Part shown: positions 46,294 to 55,083 of the stretch, piece by piece
How the letters are laid out: each line of letters begins with the position of its first letter
Numbering within the stretch: position 1 is the stretch's first letter
Source of the DNA: an uncultured Gemmatimonadales bacterium
Lineage (GTDB): Bacteria; Gemmatimonadota; Gemmatimonadetes; Gemmatimonadales; GWC2-71-9
Length of the DNA stretch: 64,000 bases
NCBI GenBank assembly: GCA_963815515.1
Contig: CAWFGP010000003.1
Span: 701,513 to 765,512, forward strand
Direction: 5' to 3'
The notes under the pieces: model-generated
Database searches by the model: none
What the model saw: the letters and a program-made list of their open reading frames with translations, nothing else
What the model was told of the DNA's origin: nothing
Program-made: the position numbers and the translations under genes

Positions 46294-46887
46294 GTGACGC
46301 GTCATCCGGTGGTCGTGGCGCTCACCGGCGCCTCGGGGGCGCCCTATGGGGTGCGCCTGCTCGACGTGCTGGCGCGGAACCAGGTACCGGTGTGGCTCGT
46401 GGCCTCGAGCCACGGTATGCGGCTGCTGCGCGACGAGTGCGGCATCGAGACGCTGGACGCGCTGCGGGAGGCCACGGGCGGAGACTGGCGCTCGGTGACG
46501 AGCTTTCCCGACGGCGATCGCGGCGCGCTGCCGGCCTCGGGCTCGCAGCGAACTCGCGGCATGGTGATCTGCCCCTGCTCGATGGGGACCGTCGCGGCCA
46601 TCGCCGCCGGCACCAGCCGGTCTCTCGTCGAGCGCGCCGCGGACGTGACCCTCAAGGAGCGGCGGAAGCTCGTGCTCGTGCCGCGCGAGACGCCGCTCTC
46701 CCTGATCCACCTGCGGAACCTGGTGACGGTCACCGAGGCCGGGGCTGTCGTGATTCCCGCCGCGCCCGGCTTCTACCACCGGCCCTCGAGGGTGGCCGAG
46801 CTGGTGGATTTCATCGTCCAGCGCGTGCTCGACCAGCTGGATCTCGATATCGAGATCGCCCGCCGCTGGACGGGAGACGACGCCTGA
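46294..46887 (+). CDS. ubiX: UbiX-type flavin prenyltransferase
   Basis: The 3-prime part of ORF 44992..46887. GTG 46294 has GGAGGGG 3 nt upstream and gives a normal 197-aa protein (VVALTGASGAPYG, PCSMGTVAAIA). An alternative ATG at 46156 (ATGA overlap with ubiA) would add a 46-aa Pro/Arg-rich extension. Confidence 0.85.
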   Translation: MTRHPVVVALTGASGAPYGVRLLDVLARNQVPVWLVASSHGMRLLRDECGIETLDALREATGGDWRSVTSFPDGDRGALPASGSQRTRGMVICPCSMGTVAAIAAGTSRSLVERAADVTLKERRKLVLVPRETPLSLIHLRNLVTVTEAGAVVIPAAPGFYHRPSRVAELVDFIVQRVLDQLDLDIEIARRWTGDDA

Positions 46888-47381
46888 TGGCGCGTATCGG
46901 CGTCATCGCGGATACGCACGGCCTGCTTCGCCCCGAGGTGTTCGAGGTGTTCCGCGAGGTCGACCATATCCTGCACGCGGGTGACGTCGGACCGGCGTCG
47001 ATACTCGAGGAGCTCGCGACCATCGCGCCGGTCACGGCGGTCTACGGCAATACCGACGGCCGGGAACTCCGTGAACGGCTCCCGGCCGTCGCCACCGTCG
47101 AGCTCGACGGCTTCACCATCGTCGTCACCCATGGCGACCAGCTCGGCAGCCCGACGCCCGAGCGGCTGCAGGCCGAGTTCCCCGACGCCGAGATCATCGT
47201 CTACGGCCACACCCACCGCCCGCTGCTCACGCTGGTCGACGTCGTGGTGACGGTGATGAACCCCGGCGGCGCCGGGCCGCGGCGCTTCGACCTGCCGGCC
47301 TCCGTGGGTATCCTGGAGCTCGAGCCTGGCATCCCGCCGCGCGGTCGCCTGGTGCCGCTGACGCCGCTGGATCCGGACTAG
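46887..47381 (+). CDS. YfcE/MJ0936-type metallophosphoesterase
   Basis: The 3-prime part of ORF 46392..47381. ATG overlaps the ubiX TGA by 1 nt. Motifs GVIADTHG, HAGDV, GNTD, VTHGD and GHTHRP. Confidence 0.8.
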   Translation: MARIGVIADTHGLLRPEVFEVFREVDHILHAGDVGPASILEELATIAPVTAVYGNTDGRELRERLPAVATVELDGFTIVVTHGDQLGSPTPERLQAEFPDAEIIVYGHTHRPLLTLVDVVVTVMNPGGAGPRRFDLPASVGILELEPGIPPRGRLVPLTPLDPD

Positions 47382-47444
47382 ACCGCTGCTCGTCTCCGTC
47401 GCTTCACTGCTGCTCGTGTTCCAGGGGCGCTGTGGGTGCCGCTG

Positions 47445-47527
47445 GAGTTACCCTGAGGCGGAGTCACCCTGAGCGCAGCGAAGGGGGCATAACCAGACAT
47501 GGCCCCCTTCACTTCGTTCAGGGTGAC
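47445..47527. repeat. REP-like palindromic element preceded by a partial extra left arm
   Basis: GAGTTACCCTGAGG (partial), then GTCACCCTGAGCGCAGCGAAGGGGGCATAACCAGACATGGCCCCCTTCACTTCGTTCAGGGTGAC (47463-47527). Sits between convergent genes. Confidence 0.85.
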
Positions 47528-47544
47528 GGGCTTTGGCCAGCTCT

Positions 47545-48171
47545 TTACAACCCCAGCCGCAGTCCCGCGCTCACCGCGAAGCTGTGCGTCGTCTTGGTGT
47601 CGACGTTCAGCCCCGTCGCCTCCTGCGCATCGAACTTTCCGATGTAATCCTTGACCATGAACTGCAGGCCGAACCGCGGGGCGAGCGCCACGTCGGCCCC
47701 GGCGCCGACGTTATAGGCGAAGTTGGTGGAATGCGTCGACGCCGGCCCGATGTCGAACGACTGCCGCGCGTAACCGGCCCCGCCCTGGACGAACGGCGAG
47801 ACCGGCAGCCCGCCCATACCGACCGGCACCCGCAGCCGGAGCGCGGCGTCGTACAGCAGCACCGAGCTCTGTCCGACCGACACCCCGCCGATCAGCGGCG
47901 CGCCGATCTCGAGTCCCGGCTGGGTGTACGCCACGTTGCCCACGAGTGCGATCGCCCGCGTGAATCCGAGCGTCGCTTCGGCGCCGTAGACCGCCGCGCC
48001 GGCGTTCCGCACGCTCGTGCCGAGCGGACCGGAGACGAGATTTCCGAACTTCATGTACCCTGCGTAGGGGGTGATGCCGAACGAGGGACCGACGGAGCGC
48101 TGCTGGGCGGCCAACGGCGTCGAGACGGCGAGGCCGGCGACGGCGCCTGCCCAGAGGATTCGGTGGAGCAT
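47545..48171 (-). CDS. outer-membrane beta-barrel protein (OmpW/OmpA-barrel-like)
   Basis: Only the C-terminal 208 codons of ORF 47545..49320 are meaningful (ATG 48171). Signal peptide MLHRILWAGAVAGLAVSTPLAAQ, then alternating strands ending ...SAGLRLGL. Confidence 0.65.
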   Translation of the reverse strand: MLHRILWAGAVAGLAVSTPLAAQQRSVGPSFGITPYAGYMKFGNLVSGPLGTSVRNAGAAVYGAEATLGFTRAIALVGNVAYTQPGLEIGAPLIGGVSVGQSSVLLYDAALRLRVPVGMGGLPVSPFVQGGAGYARQSFDIGPASTHSTNFAYNVGAGADVALAPRFGLQFMVKDYIGKFDAQEATGLNVDTKTTHSFAVSAGLRLGL

Positions 48172-48352
48172 ATGACCTCCCGCAAACGAGTGGGTGGCTG
48201 CGCAGAGCGCGCAACAATGGAGGATCAGGCAGGTGGGGTGCCACAAAATGCAGGTTGCTAACGTGCTGACTTGGAAGGCGTTACGTTGGCGGTCCCGAAG
48301 AGCCGTCCCCTGATCCGGACGCTCGGCCCGTCCTAAGGCCCCCGACTGTCGC

Positions 48353-49459
48353 TCAGGCGGCCCACTCGGCATACGGGGACGTCCGGCGCAGCGCCTCCGG
48401 GTGGGCCCGGAACCAGGACATGAGCAGCAGGATCTCGTCGATGGCCTCGAGCGGGAGTGGGCCCACCGGTGGAGAAGGCCTGGCCGCCTCCTCGGCCACC
48501 ACGGCGCGGAAGGCCTCGTGCTCGATGGGCGTATTGGGATACGGGAAGGACGCCCGCACGACGCCCTGGCGGACGAGGTAGACGCGGTCGTCGCCGAAAT
48601 CGCCGGGGTCGCGGTAGACGAAGGTGAGGAGGTCGCGGGCGGAGCGGGCGCGGCTGGTGGCGGCGAGGAGCCACTCCAGCTGCTCGAACTTCTCGCGCCA
48701 GCGGGCCGCCACCTCGAAGCGGGCCTCCGCCGCGGCGCCCTGCATCGCCTGGACCACGCGGTCGATCGGCTGGATGGTCCGGCCCTCGAGAAAGGCCATG
48801 GCCGTCTCGACCCGCCGGCGATAATCCAGTTGCGCCACGAAGCCCGCGCACGGTCCGCTGCAGACGCCGAACTCGTGGCGCATGCATCCCGCCTGCAGTG
48901 GCTGATCGAACAGATCGGCCTGGCCGGCGAATACCGCGGGCATCTCGGCCTTGCAGTCGCGGAGCCCGAGCAGGTCGTTGAGCGTCCGGACCGCCTCGAG
49001 GGTCCGCGCCATCGACCGGAACGGACCGTAGCAGCGCGCGTCGTCCCGGGCCACGGTGGCCCCGGCATACACCCGCGGCGCGAGGTCGCTCGAGATCTTG
49101 ATGAGCACGCTCCGGCGCGTGACGTTGCCCCGATGGTTGAAGTACGGTCGGAACTTCCGGATCTGCCGGAGCTCGCCGAGGTACGCCGCGAACTCGCTCG
49201 GCACGTAGTCCCAGGCGATGTCGCCCGCGGCGTAGAGAATCCGCGCCGCCTTGTCGTCCGGATAGGCCGCGCGGAAATACGTGAGCAGCCGGGTGCGGAG
49301 CCGCTTGGCCTTCCCGACATAGATCACCCGGCCCATGGCGTCCGTCATCCGGTAGACGGCCGGCCGGTTCTCCGCCAGCGCGCGGACGCGCTGGCGGAGC
49401 TGCTCGAGGTCGGTGGCGGGAAGCGGGACGGCCCGCTGTGCGCGGCGGGTGGAGCTCAC
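48353..49459 (-). CDS. UvrC-homologue (Cho-like) GIY-YIG nuclease lacking the C-terminal endonuclease/HhH part
   Basis: ORF 48353..49540. GTG 49459 overlaps the fpg stop (GTGA). GIY-YIG region AVYRMTDAMGRVIYVGKAKRLRTRL...Y, Cys-rich segment, UVR-like ARFEVAARWREKFEQLEWL. Confidence 0.7.
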   Translation of the reverse strand: MSSTRRAQRAVPLPATDLEQLRQRVRALAENRPAVYRMTDAMGRVIYVGKAKRLRTRLLTYFRAAYPDDKAARILYAAGDIAWDYVPSEFAAYLGELRQIRKFRPYFNHRGNVTRRSVLIKISSDLAPRVYAGATVARDDARCYGPFRSMARTLEAVRTLNDLLGLRDCKAEMPAVFAGQADLFDQPLQAGCMRHEFGVCSGPCAGFVAQLDYRRRVETAMAFLEGRTIQPIDRVVQAMQGAAAEARFEVAARWREKFEQLEWLLAATSRARSARDLLTFVYRDPGDFGDDRVYLVRQGVVRASFPYPNTPIEHEAFRAVVAEEAARPSPPVGPLPLEAIDEILLLMSWFRAHPEALRRTSPYAEWAA

Positions 49460-50280
49460 GATTGGCAGCGATGGCAGAAGACGGAGATGCGTGCGTCGAT
49501 CAAGTGCGTCCCGGCGAGCCGCGTGCCGCAGCGACGGCACGGCTCGCCTTCCCGGCCGTAGACCAGCAGCTCCAGCTGGAAATTGCCGGGCTCGCCGGTG
49601 CCGGTGCGGTAATCCCTCACGGTCGTGCCGTTGGACGCGATGGCCGCCTCCAGAATGCGCCGGATCTCCGCGTGCAGCCGGCGGTGGTCGTCGGGCGTGA
49701 GCTTCCGCGCCGGCTTCGACGGGTCGATCCCCGCCGCGAACAGCGCCTCGTTCGCGTAGATGTTGCCGACGCCGGCCAGGTGCCGCTGATCCATGAGCAC
49801 CTTCTTCACCGCCTGGCGCGAGCGGCCAAGAGCGCTGCCGAGCCGGTCGGCGGTGAAGTCGGGCTCGAGCGGCTCGGGGCCGATCGCTTCGGTGTAGCGG
49901 CGCCAGCCGGCGGCGTCGAGCAATCGCAGCTTCCCGATGCGGCGGACATCGCGATAGACGAGCTCCCGTCCGTCATCGAGCGGCGCGCGCAGCACCGCGT
50001 AGCGGCGCTCGTCATCCGTGAGAGGGTGGTCGTACACGATGAGCGAGCCGGTCATGCCGGGCTGCACGACGAGGCGGCGGGTACCGAGGTCGAGCACTGC
50101 GTGCTTGGCTCGGCGGAACACGGACTGCACGGTGGCGCCGTTCAGGCCGCGCAACAGCGTCCGGCGGGTCACCCCGCTCAGAATGTCGTCGTGGCTCAGC
50201 GAGACTCGGCCGAGCTGACGGCCGACGAGGGCGGGGCGGATGTCGCGAACGATGGTTTCGACTTCGGGGAGCTCGGGCAT
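49456..50280 (-). CDS. mutM: formamidopyrimidine-DNA glycosylase
   Basis: ORF 49456..50289. Start placed at ATG 50280 so that the mature N-terminus is PELPEVE. C-terminal zinc finger CRRCGT...CHRCQ. Confidence 0.9.
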   Translation of the reverse strand: MPELPEVETIVRDIRPALVGRQLGRVSLSHDDILSGVTRRTLLRGLNGATVQSVFRRAKHAVLDLGTRRLVVQPGMTGSLIVYDHPLTDDERRYAVLRAPLDDGRELVYRDVRRIGKLRLLDAAGWRRYTEAIGPEPLEPDFTADRLGSALGRSRQAVKKVLMDQRHLAGVGNIYANEALFAAGIDPSKPARKLTPDDHRRLHAEIRRILEAAIASNGTTVRDYRTGTGEPGNFQLELLVYGREGEPCRRCGTRLAGTHLIDARISVFCHRCQS

Positions 50281-50336
50281 CGCTCCCAAATCTAACGGGG
50301 AGGGTCGGCGCAGGAGGATGGGCTCAACGGATCTCC

Positions 50337-50376
50337 CTCATCCTGAGTCTCCGTCATCCCGAGCGCCGCGAGGGAC
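50337..50376. repeat. orphan REP-like half-arms (no partner arm)
   Basis: CTCATCCTGAG (50337-50347) and GTCATCCCGAGCGCCGCGAGGGAC (50353-50376). The matching right arms are absent. Confidence 0.5.
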
Positions 50377-50394
50377 GACGAAATCAGGGCGACG

Positions 50395-51681
50395 TCAGGC
50401 CCTCACCGCCACCCGCGCCGCTTCCCGCCAGCCGATGTCGCGCCGGAAGACCTTCCCCTCGTACTCGATCGCCTCGGCGGCCTCCCGACTGAGCCGCTGC
50501 GCCTCCGGAAAGCTCGCTGCCACGGCCGTCACGTTGAGCACGCGTCCCCCGTTGACCCGCAGCACGCCATCCGGCCCCCGCGCGGTGCCCGCGTGGAAGA
50601 CCGTGACGCCCGTCGGCAGCTGCTCGGGTATCCGGATGGCAGCGCCCTGCTCGGGCCGGTCCGGATATCCCCGGGAGGCCAGCACCGTCGTCACCGACGC
50701 CTCACCGGTCCGGCGGGCGATCGGCGCCACGCCTTCTCCATGCGCCACCTTCCAGAGCGCGTCGGTCAGGCCCCCCTCCAGCAGCGGCAGCACGACTTGC
50801 GTCTCGGGATCGCCCAGGCGGCAGTTGAACTCCACCACCCACGGCGTTCCGCCGCGATCGACCATCAGTCCGGCATACAGCACGCCGGTGTAGGGCGTGT
50901 CCCGCCGCTGCATTTCCTCGAGCGCCGGCAGCAGGACCTCCGCGCGCGCCCGCGCCAGCAGCGCGGGCGTCGCGACCGCGACGGGACTGTACGCCCCCAT
51001 GCCCCCGGTGTTGGGGCCCGCGTCCCCCTCGAGCAGGCGCTTGTGATCCTGCGAGACCGGAAGCAGCTCGACGTCCCGGCCATCGGTGATCGCGAGAACC
51101 GAGATCTCTTCGCCCTCGAGGAACGCCTCGATGACGACGGTCGCTCCCGCGTCGCCGAAGACGCGATCGCCGAGCATGGCGCGGACCGCCGCGGCGGCTT
51201 CGCCGCGCGTGAGGCAGACGACCGCGCCCTTGCCGGCCGCGAGGCCCGAGGCTTTGACGACTAACGGCTCGGAATGGCGGTCGACGTAGTCGAGGGCGGG
51301 GCGGAGCTCGGTGAAGGTGCGGCTGGTGGCGGTGGGGATGCCGGCGGCGTGCATCACTTCCTTCGAGTAGGCCTTGGAGGCCTCGAGCTGCGCGGCCGCC
51401 GCGCTCGGCCCGAATACCGCGCGCCCCTCCGCCCGGAGGCGGTCCGCCAGCCCGCGAGCCAGCGGCACTTCGGGGCCGACCACGGTGAGGTCGATGCCGT
51501 GCATGTCGGCCGCGTCGGCGATCCGGTCGAGGTCGTCGGCAGCGATGGGCAGATTTCTCGCCAGGGCGGCAGTGCCGGGATTGCCGGGAGCGCAGTAGAG
51601 ATCCGCGTCCGGGTTCTCGCGCCGGAGGGCCCAGCAGAGGGCGTGCTCCCGTCCGCCTCCGCCGATGACCAGCAGCCTCAC
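50395..51681 (-). CDS. purD: phosphoribosylamine--glycine ligase
   Basis: 428 aa. GTG start overlaps the upstream stop (GTGA). (M/V)RLLVIGGGGREHAL, ATP-grasp, GGMGAYSP. Confidence 0.95.
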   Translation of the reverse strand: MRLLVIGGGGREHALCWALRRENPDADLYCAPGNPGTAALARNLPIAADDLDRIADAADMHGIDLTVVGPEVPLARGLADRLRAEGRAVFGPSAAAAQLEASKAYSKEVMHAAGIPTATSRTFTELRPALDYVDRHSEPLVVKASGLAAGKGAVVCLTRGEAAAAVRAMLGDRVFGDAGATVVIEAFLEGEEISVLAITDGRDVELLPVSQDHKRLLEGDAGPNTGGMGAYSPVAVATPALLARARAEVLLPALEEMQRRDTPYTGVLYAGLMVDRGGTPWVVEFNCRLGDPETQVVLPLLEGGLTDALWKVAHGEGVAPIARRTGEASVTTVLASRGYPDRPEQGAAIRIPEQLPTGVTVFHAGTARGPDGVLRVNGGRVLNVTAVAASFPEAQRLSREAAEAIEYEGKVFRRDIGWREAARVAVRA

Positions 51682-52694
51682 GACTTCTGGGCGTTCCGGA
51701 ACGCGTCGCGCGCGCGCTCGGCGGCGCGCTTGGCCGCGTCCGCGACCTGGGTGGCGAGCTCCCGCGCCTCGCCCGCATAGTAGTTGCCGGCGGCCGACAT
51801 GTCGTCCCGCAGCGGCCGGCCGGTGGTCTCCGGGCCCCGCCGCGCGTATTCGCCGCGGAGGATCCGGTCGTATTCACCGCTCGACACCCAGCGCTGGAGC
51901 TCCGCGGCCCGGACGGTGTGCATCGGATGCGTGAGCGCCAGGGTGCTGAGCAGCTTGTAGACGACGTCCAGGCCTTCGCCGCTCGTGGCGTACTCGTGGG
52001 CCTGCTGCATGAACGCGTCGACATTGAGCTGCCCGCGGAAGCCCTCGCCGCGGCCGCCGCCGGCCATCTTCATGTCGAGCCGGTGCGCCGCCACGATGTC
52101 CTGCGCGCCCAGCAGGCCGGCGCGGTCCGCCGACAGCTCCGATTTCCGGGACCACTCGAGAAAAGCCAGGCGGACCGGAAGCACGGCCAGGCTGGCGAGC
52201 ATGGGGAGCGCGCCGAGGCTGATGAGGGCGAGGATGGCGGCGATGGTGCGGTAGAGCGCGTGCCCGCTGATCACGTGGCCCAGCTCGTGGGCCATCAGCA
52301 CCCGCAGCTCGTCGTCGTCGAGCAGCTCGAGCGCGGCCGAGTGAACCACGATGAACGGTTGGTCGATGCCGTAGGCTCCGGCGTTGAAGAACGGCGTCTG
52401 GGAGACGTACAGCTCGGGCACCGTGGGCCAGTCGAAGGTCGTGACCGCCTCGTTGTGCAGGTGCCAGAGCTTGGGAAACTGCGCCGGCCCCACTCGCACG
52501 GCGTTGCCCTGGAACAGGAGCCGCACACCCCGCTCGCCGCCCAGCAGCGCGAGCGTCTTCCGGATGACTTCGTCTACTCCGGGGACCGACCGCAACGCCT
52601 GCAGCGCGGCGCGATCGGCCGGGTGCTCCCAGGAGACACCGGAGATCTGGGGAAAGGTCTGACGCGGGCGCTGGGCGGGCAGGGAGGTGCTCAT
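51678..52694 (-). CDS. M48 family zinc metallopeptidase
   Basis: 338 aa. HELGHVISGH (HExxH), TM pair, C-terminal soluble tail. Confidence 0.8.
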   Translation of the reverse strand: MSTSLPAQRPRQTFPQISGVSWEHPADRAALQALRSVPGVDEVIRKTLALLGGERGVRLLFQGNAVRVGPAQFPKLWHLHNEAVTTFDWPTVPELYVSQTPFFNAGAYGIDQPFIVVHSAALELLDDDELRVLMAHELGHVISGHALYRTIAAILALISLGALPMLASLAVLPVRLAFLEWSRKSELSADRAGLLGAQDIVAAHRLDMKMAGGGRGEGFRGQLNVDAFMQQAHEYATSGEGLDVVYKLLSTLALTHPMHTVRAAELQRWVSSGEYDRILRGEYARRGPETTGRPLRDDMSAAGNYYAGEARELATQVADAAKRAAERARDAFRNAQKS

Positions 52695-52757
52695 GGCCGG
52701 CTCGGGTTGGAGGTGCGGGGCCTTACGGGTGGCTCGCCCCGAGGTTTCACTTTGAGA

Positions 52758-53927
52758 CTAGGCGGCGGCGAACGCCCGGTCGAGATCCTCGATCAGGTCC
52801 TCGGAGTCCTCCACCCCGCAGCTCAACCGGACCAGGCTGTCCGTGAGGCCCATGGCCAGCCGCATGGCGGGCGGGACGGACGCGTGGGTCATGCTGGCCG
52901 GGTGGCCGATCAGGCTCTCCACCCCGCCGAGCGATTCCGCCAAGGCGAAGATCCGAGTGGCCTCCACGAACCGCCGCGCCCGGCCGGCCTCGCCCAGGTC
53001 CAGTGAGATCATCCCCCCGAAGCCGGTCATCTGGCGGCAGGCGAGCTCGTGCTGCGGGTGCGACGGGAGGCCGGGATAGTACAGCTTCGCCACGTCCGAC
53101 CGGTGTCCCAGCCACTCGGCGATGCGCCGGCCGTTGGCGTCGTGCTGCCGCATCCGGAGCGGGAGCGTCTTGATGCCCCGCAGCGCCAGCCAGCAGTCCA
53201 TCGGGCCCGGGACCGCGCCGGCGGCGTTCTGGAGGAACCCGATCCGCTCGGCGAGATCGTCGCGCCTGGTCACCAGCAGCCCGCCGACCATGTCGCTGTG
53301 GCCGTTCAGGTACTTGGTGGTCGAGTGCAGCACGATGTCCGCGGCGAACTCGAGCGGCCGCTGGAAGTACGGCGTGGCGAACGTGTTGTCGACCACGTAG
53401 AGGAGCCCGCGGGCCTGGGTGAGGTCGCCGACGGCGGCGAGGTCCACCAGGTTCATCATGGGGTTGGTGGGCGTCTCGCAGTAGACCATCCGCGTGGCCG
53501 GCGTCAGCGCCCGCTCCACCAGGCCGATGTCCCGCATGTCCACGAAGGTGAACCTGAGCCCGAGCTCGCTGTACACCCGCTCCATCAGCCGGTGGGTGCC
53601 GCCGTACACGTTCTCGCCGCAGACGACGTGATCGCCGCTGCGAAGGAGCTTGAGCAGGGTGTCGAGCGCCGCGAGCCCGGAGCCGAAAGCGAAGCCGTGG
53701 GTGCCGCCTTCGAGCGCGGCGATGTTGCGCTCGAGCGCTTCCCGGGTGGGGTTCTGGGTGCGCCCGTACTCATATCCCTTGTGTCGGCCCAGACCCTCCT
53801 GGACGTAGGTCGATGTCTGATAAATGGGCGTCATGACCGCGCCGGAGAGCGGCTCGGGTACCTGGCCGGCATGCACTGAACGCGTGGCGAACCGATGGTC
53901 GTGATCGTGGAGCAGAATGCGGGTCAT
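52758..53927 (-). CDS. PLP-dependent trans-sulfuration enzyme (cystathionine gamma-synthase/gamma-lyase/beta-lyase family)
   Basis: ORF 52758..54086, start at ATG 53927 (MTRILLHDHDHRFATRSVHAG). PLP-lysine motif HSTTKYLNGHSD. Confidence 0.85.
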   Translation of the reverse strand: MTRILLHDHDHRFATRSVHAGQVPEPLSGAVMTPIYQTSTYVQEGLGRHKGYEYGRTQNPTREALERNIAALEGGTHGFAFGSGLAALDTLLKLLRSGDHVVCGENVYGGTHRLMERVYSELGLRFTFVDMRDIGLVERALTPATRMVYCETPTNPMMNLVDLAAVGDLTQARGLLYVVDNTFATPYFQRPLEFAADIVLHSTTKYLNGHSDMVGGLLVTRRDDLAERIGFLQNAAGAVPGPMDCWLALRGIKTLPLRMRQHDANGRRIAEWLGHRSDVAKLYYPGLPSHPQHELACRQMTGFGGMISLDLGEAGRARRFVEATRIFALAESLGGVESLIGHPASMTHASVPPAMRLAMGLTDSLVRLSCGVEDSEDLIEDLDRAFAAA

Positions 53928-54014
53928 CGCGGGCCGCAAGGTGAGGGTCGGAGAAGCGTAATGGCGCGGGCCGCGCGGTTGTAGAGGGGGGCGGTTTACG
54001 GTTACCTTCGGGGC

Positions 54015-55061
54015 GTGTCTTCTCCGTCCCCCGCCCCGGCCAGCGCACACTGCCTCGTAGTCGACGACGACGCCCAGGTGCGCCATTCACTCGCCCGTGT
54101 CATCCAGGCGCACGGCCTGGCGACGCTCGAAGCTTCATCGGGGGCCGAAGCGCTCGCGATGCTGGAGAGCCAGGGTGAGGTGCCGCTCGTCATCTCGGAC
54201 ATCTACATGCCCGAGATGGACGGCGTCACCTTCCTGCGCGAGGCGCTCCGCCTCTATCCCGACACGGCGTTCGTGATGCTCACCGGCGTGGCGGAGGTCG
54301 CCACCGCGGTCGAGTGCCTCAAGCTCGGCGCGCTCGACTACATCTCCAAGCCGGTGCTGGTGGAGGAGGTGCGGGCGCGAGTGGACAAGGCGCTGGAAAA
54401 GCGGGACCTGGTGCTCCAGAATCGGTTCTATCAGCAGCATCTCGAGAGCCGCGTTCGGGAGCTCGACCGTCGCAACAAGCAGTCCCTGATCAATGGTGTG
54501 CAGACGCTGGTGCACGCGCTCGAGGCCAAGGACGCCTATACCAGCGGCCACTCGACGCGGGTGAGCCGCTACGCGGTGAAGACCGCCGTGCAGCTGGGGT
54601 ACACTGGCGAGCGGCTGGAATTTCTCCGGCTCGGCGGCGAGCTCCACGACATCGGAAAGATCGGAACCCGCGAGGACATCCTCAACAAGCCGGGACCGCT
54701 CACGCCGGACGAGTTCGAGCACATCAAGGGACACGCCGCGCTGGGGGAGCGCATCCTGGCGCCGGCCCTCGCCGAGTCACCGACGGTGTTGCGCATCGTG
54801 CGCTCGCACCACGAGCGCATGGACGGCCGCGGCTTCCCCGACGGCCTGGCCGGGGCGCAGATCCCGGCGGAGGCGCGCATCGTGGCGGTGGTGGACGCGT
54901 TCGACGCGATGACCACGAACCGCGCCTATCGCCCGTCCCGGACACCGGCGGACGCGGTCGACGAGCTGCGGCGGTGCATGAAGACGCATTTCGATCCCGA
55001 GGTCGTCGACGCGTTCCAGCGCGCGTTCCACGACATCTCGGTCCTGCCGATCTCCCTCTGA
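54015..55061 (+). CDS. response regulator with HD-GYP phosphodiesterase domain
   Basis: 348 aa, GTG start. Receiver (LVVDDD...SDIYMPEMDG) followed by HD-GYP (HDIGKIG ... HHERMDGRGFPDG). Confidence 0.85.
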   Translation: MSSPSPAPASAHCLVVDDDAQVRHSLARVIQAHGLATLEASSGAEALAMLESQGEVPLVISDIYMPEMDGVTFLREALRLYPDTAFVMLTGVAEVATAVECLKLGALDYISKPVLVEEVRARVDKALEKRDLVLQNRFYQQHLESRVRELDRRNKQSLINGVQTLVHALEAKDAYTSGHSTRVSRYAVKTAVQLGYTGERLEFLRLGGELHDIGKIGTREDILNKPGPLTPDEFEHIKGHAALGERILAPALAESPTVLRIVRSHHERMDGRGFPDGLAGAQIPAEARIVAVVDAFDAMTTNRAYRPSRTPADAVDELRRCMKTHFDPEVVDAFQRAFHDISVLPISL

Positions 55062-55083
55062 CGCCCGTCCAGATCCGGTCCTG

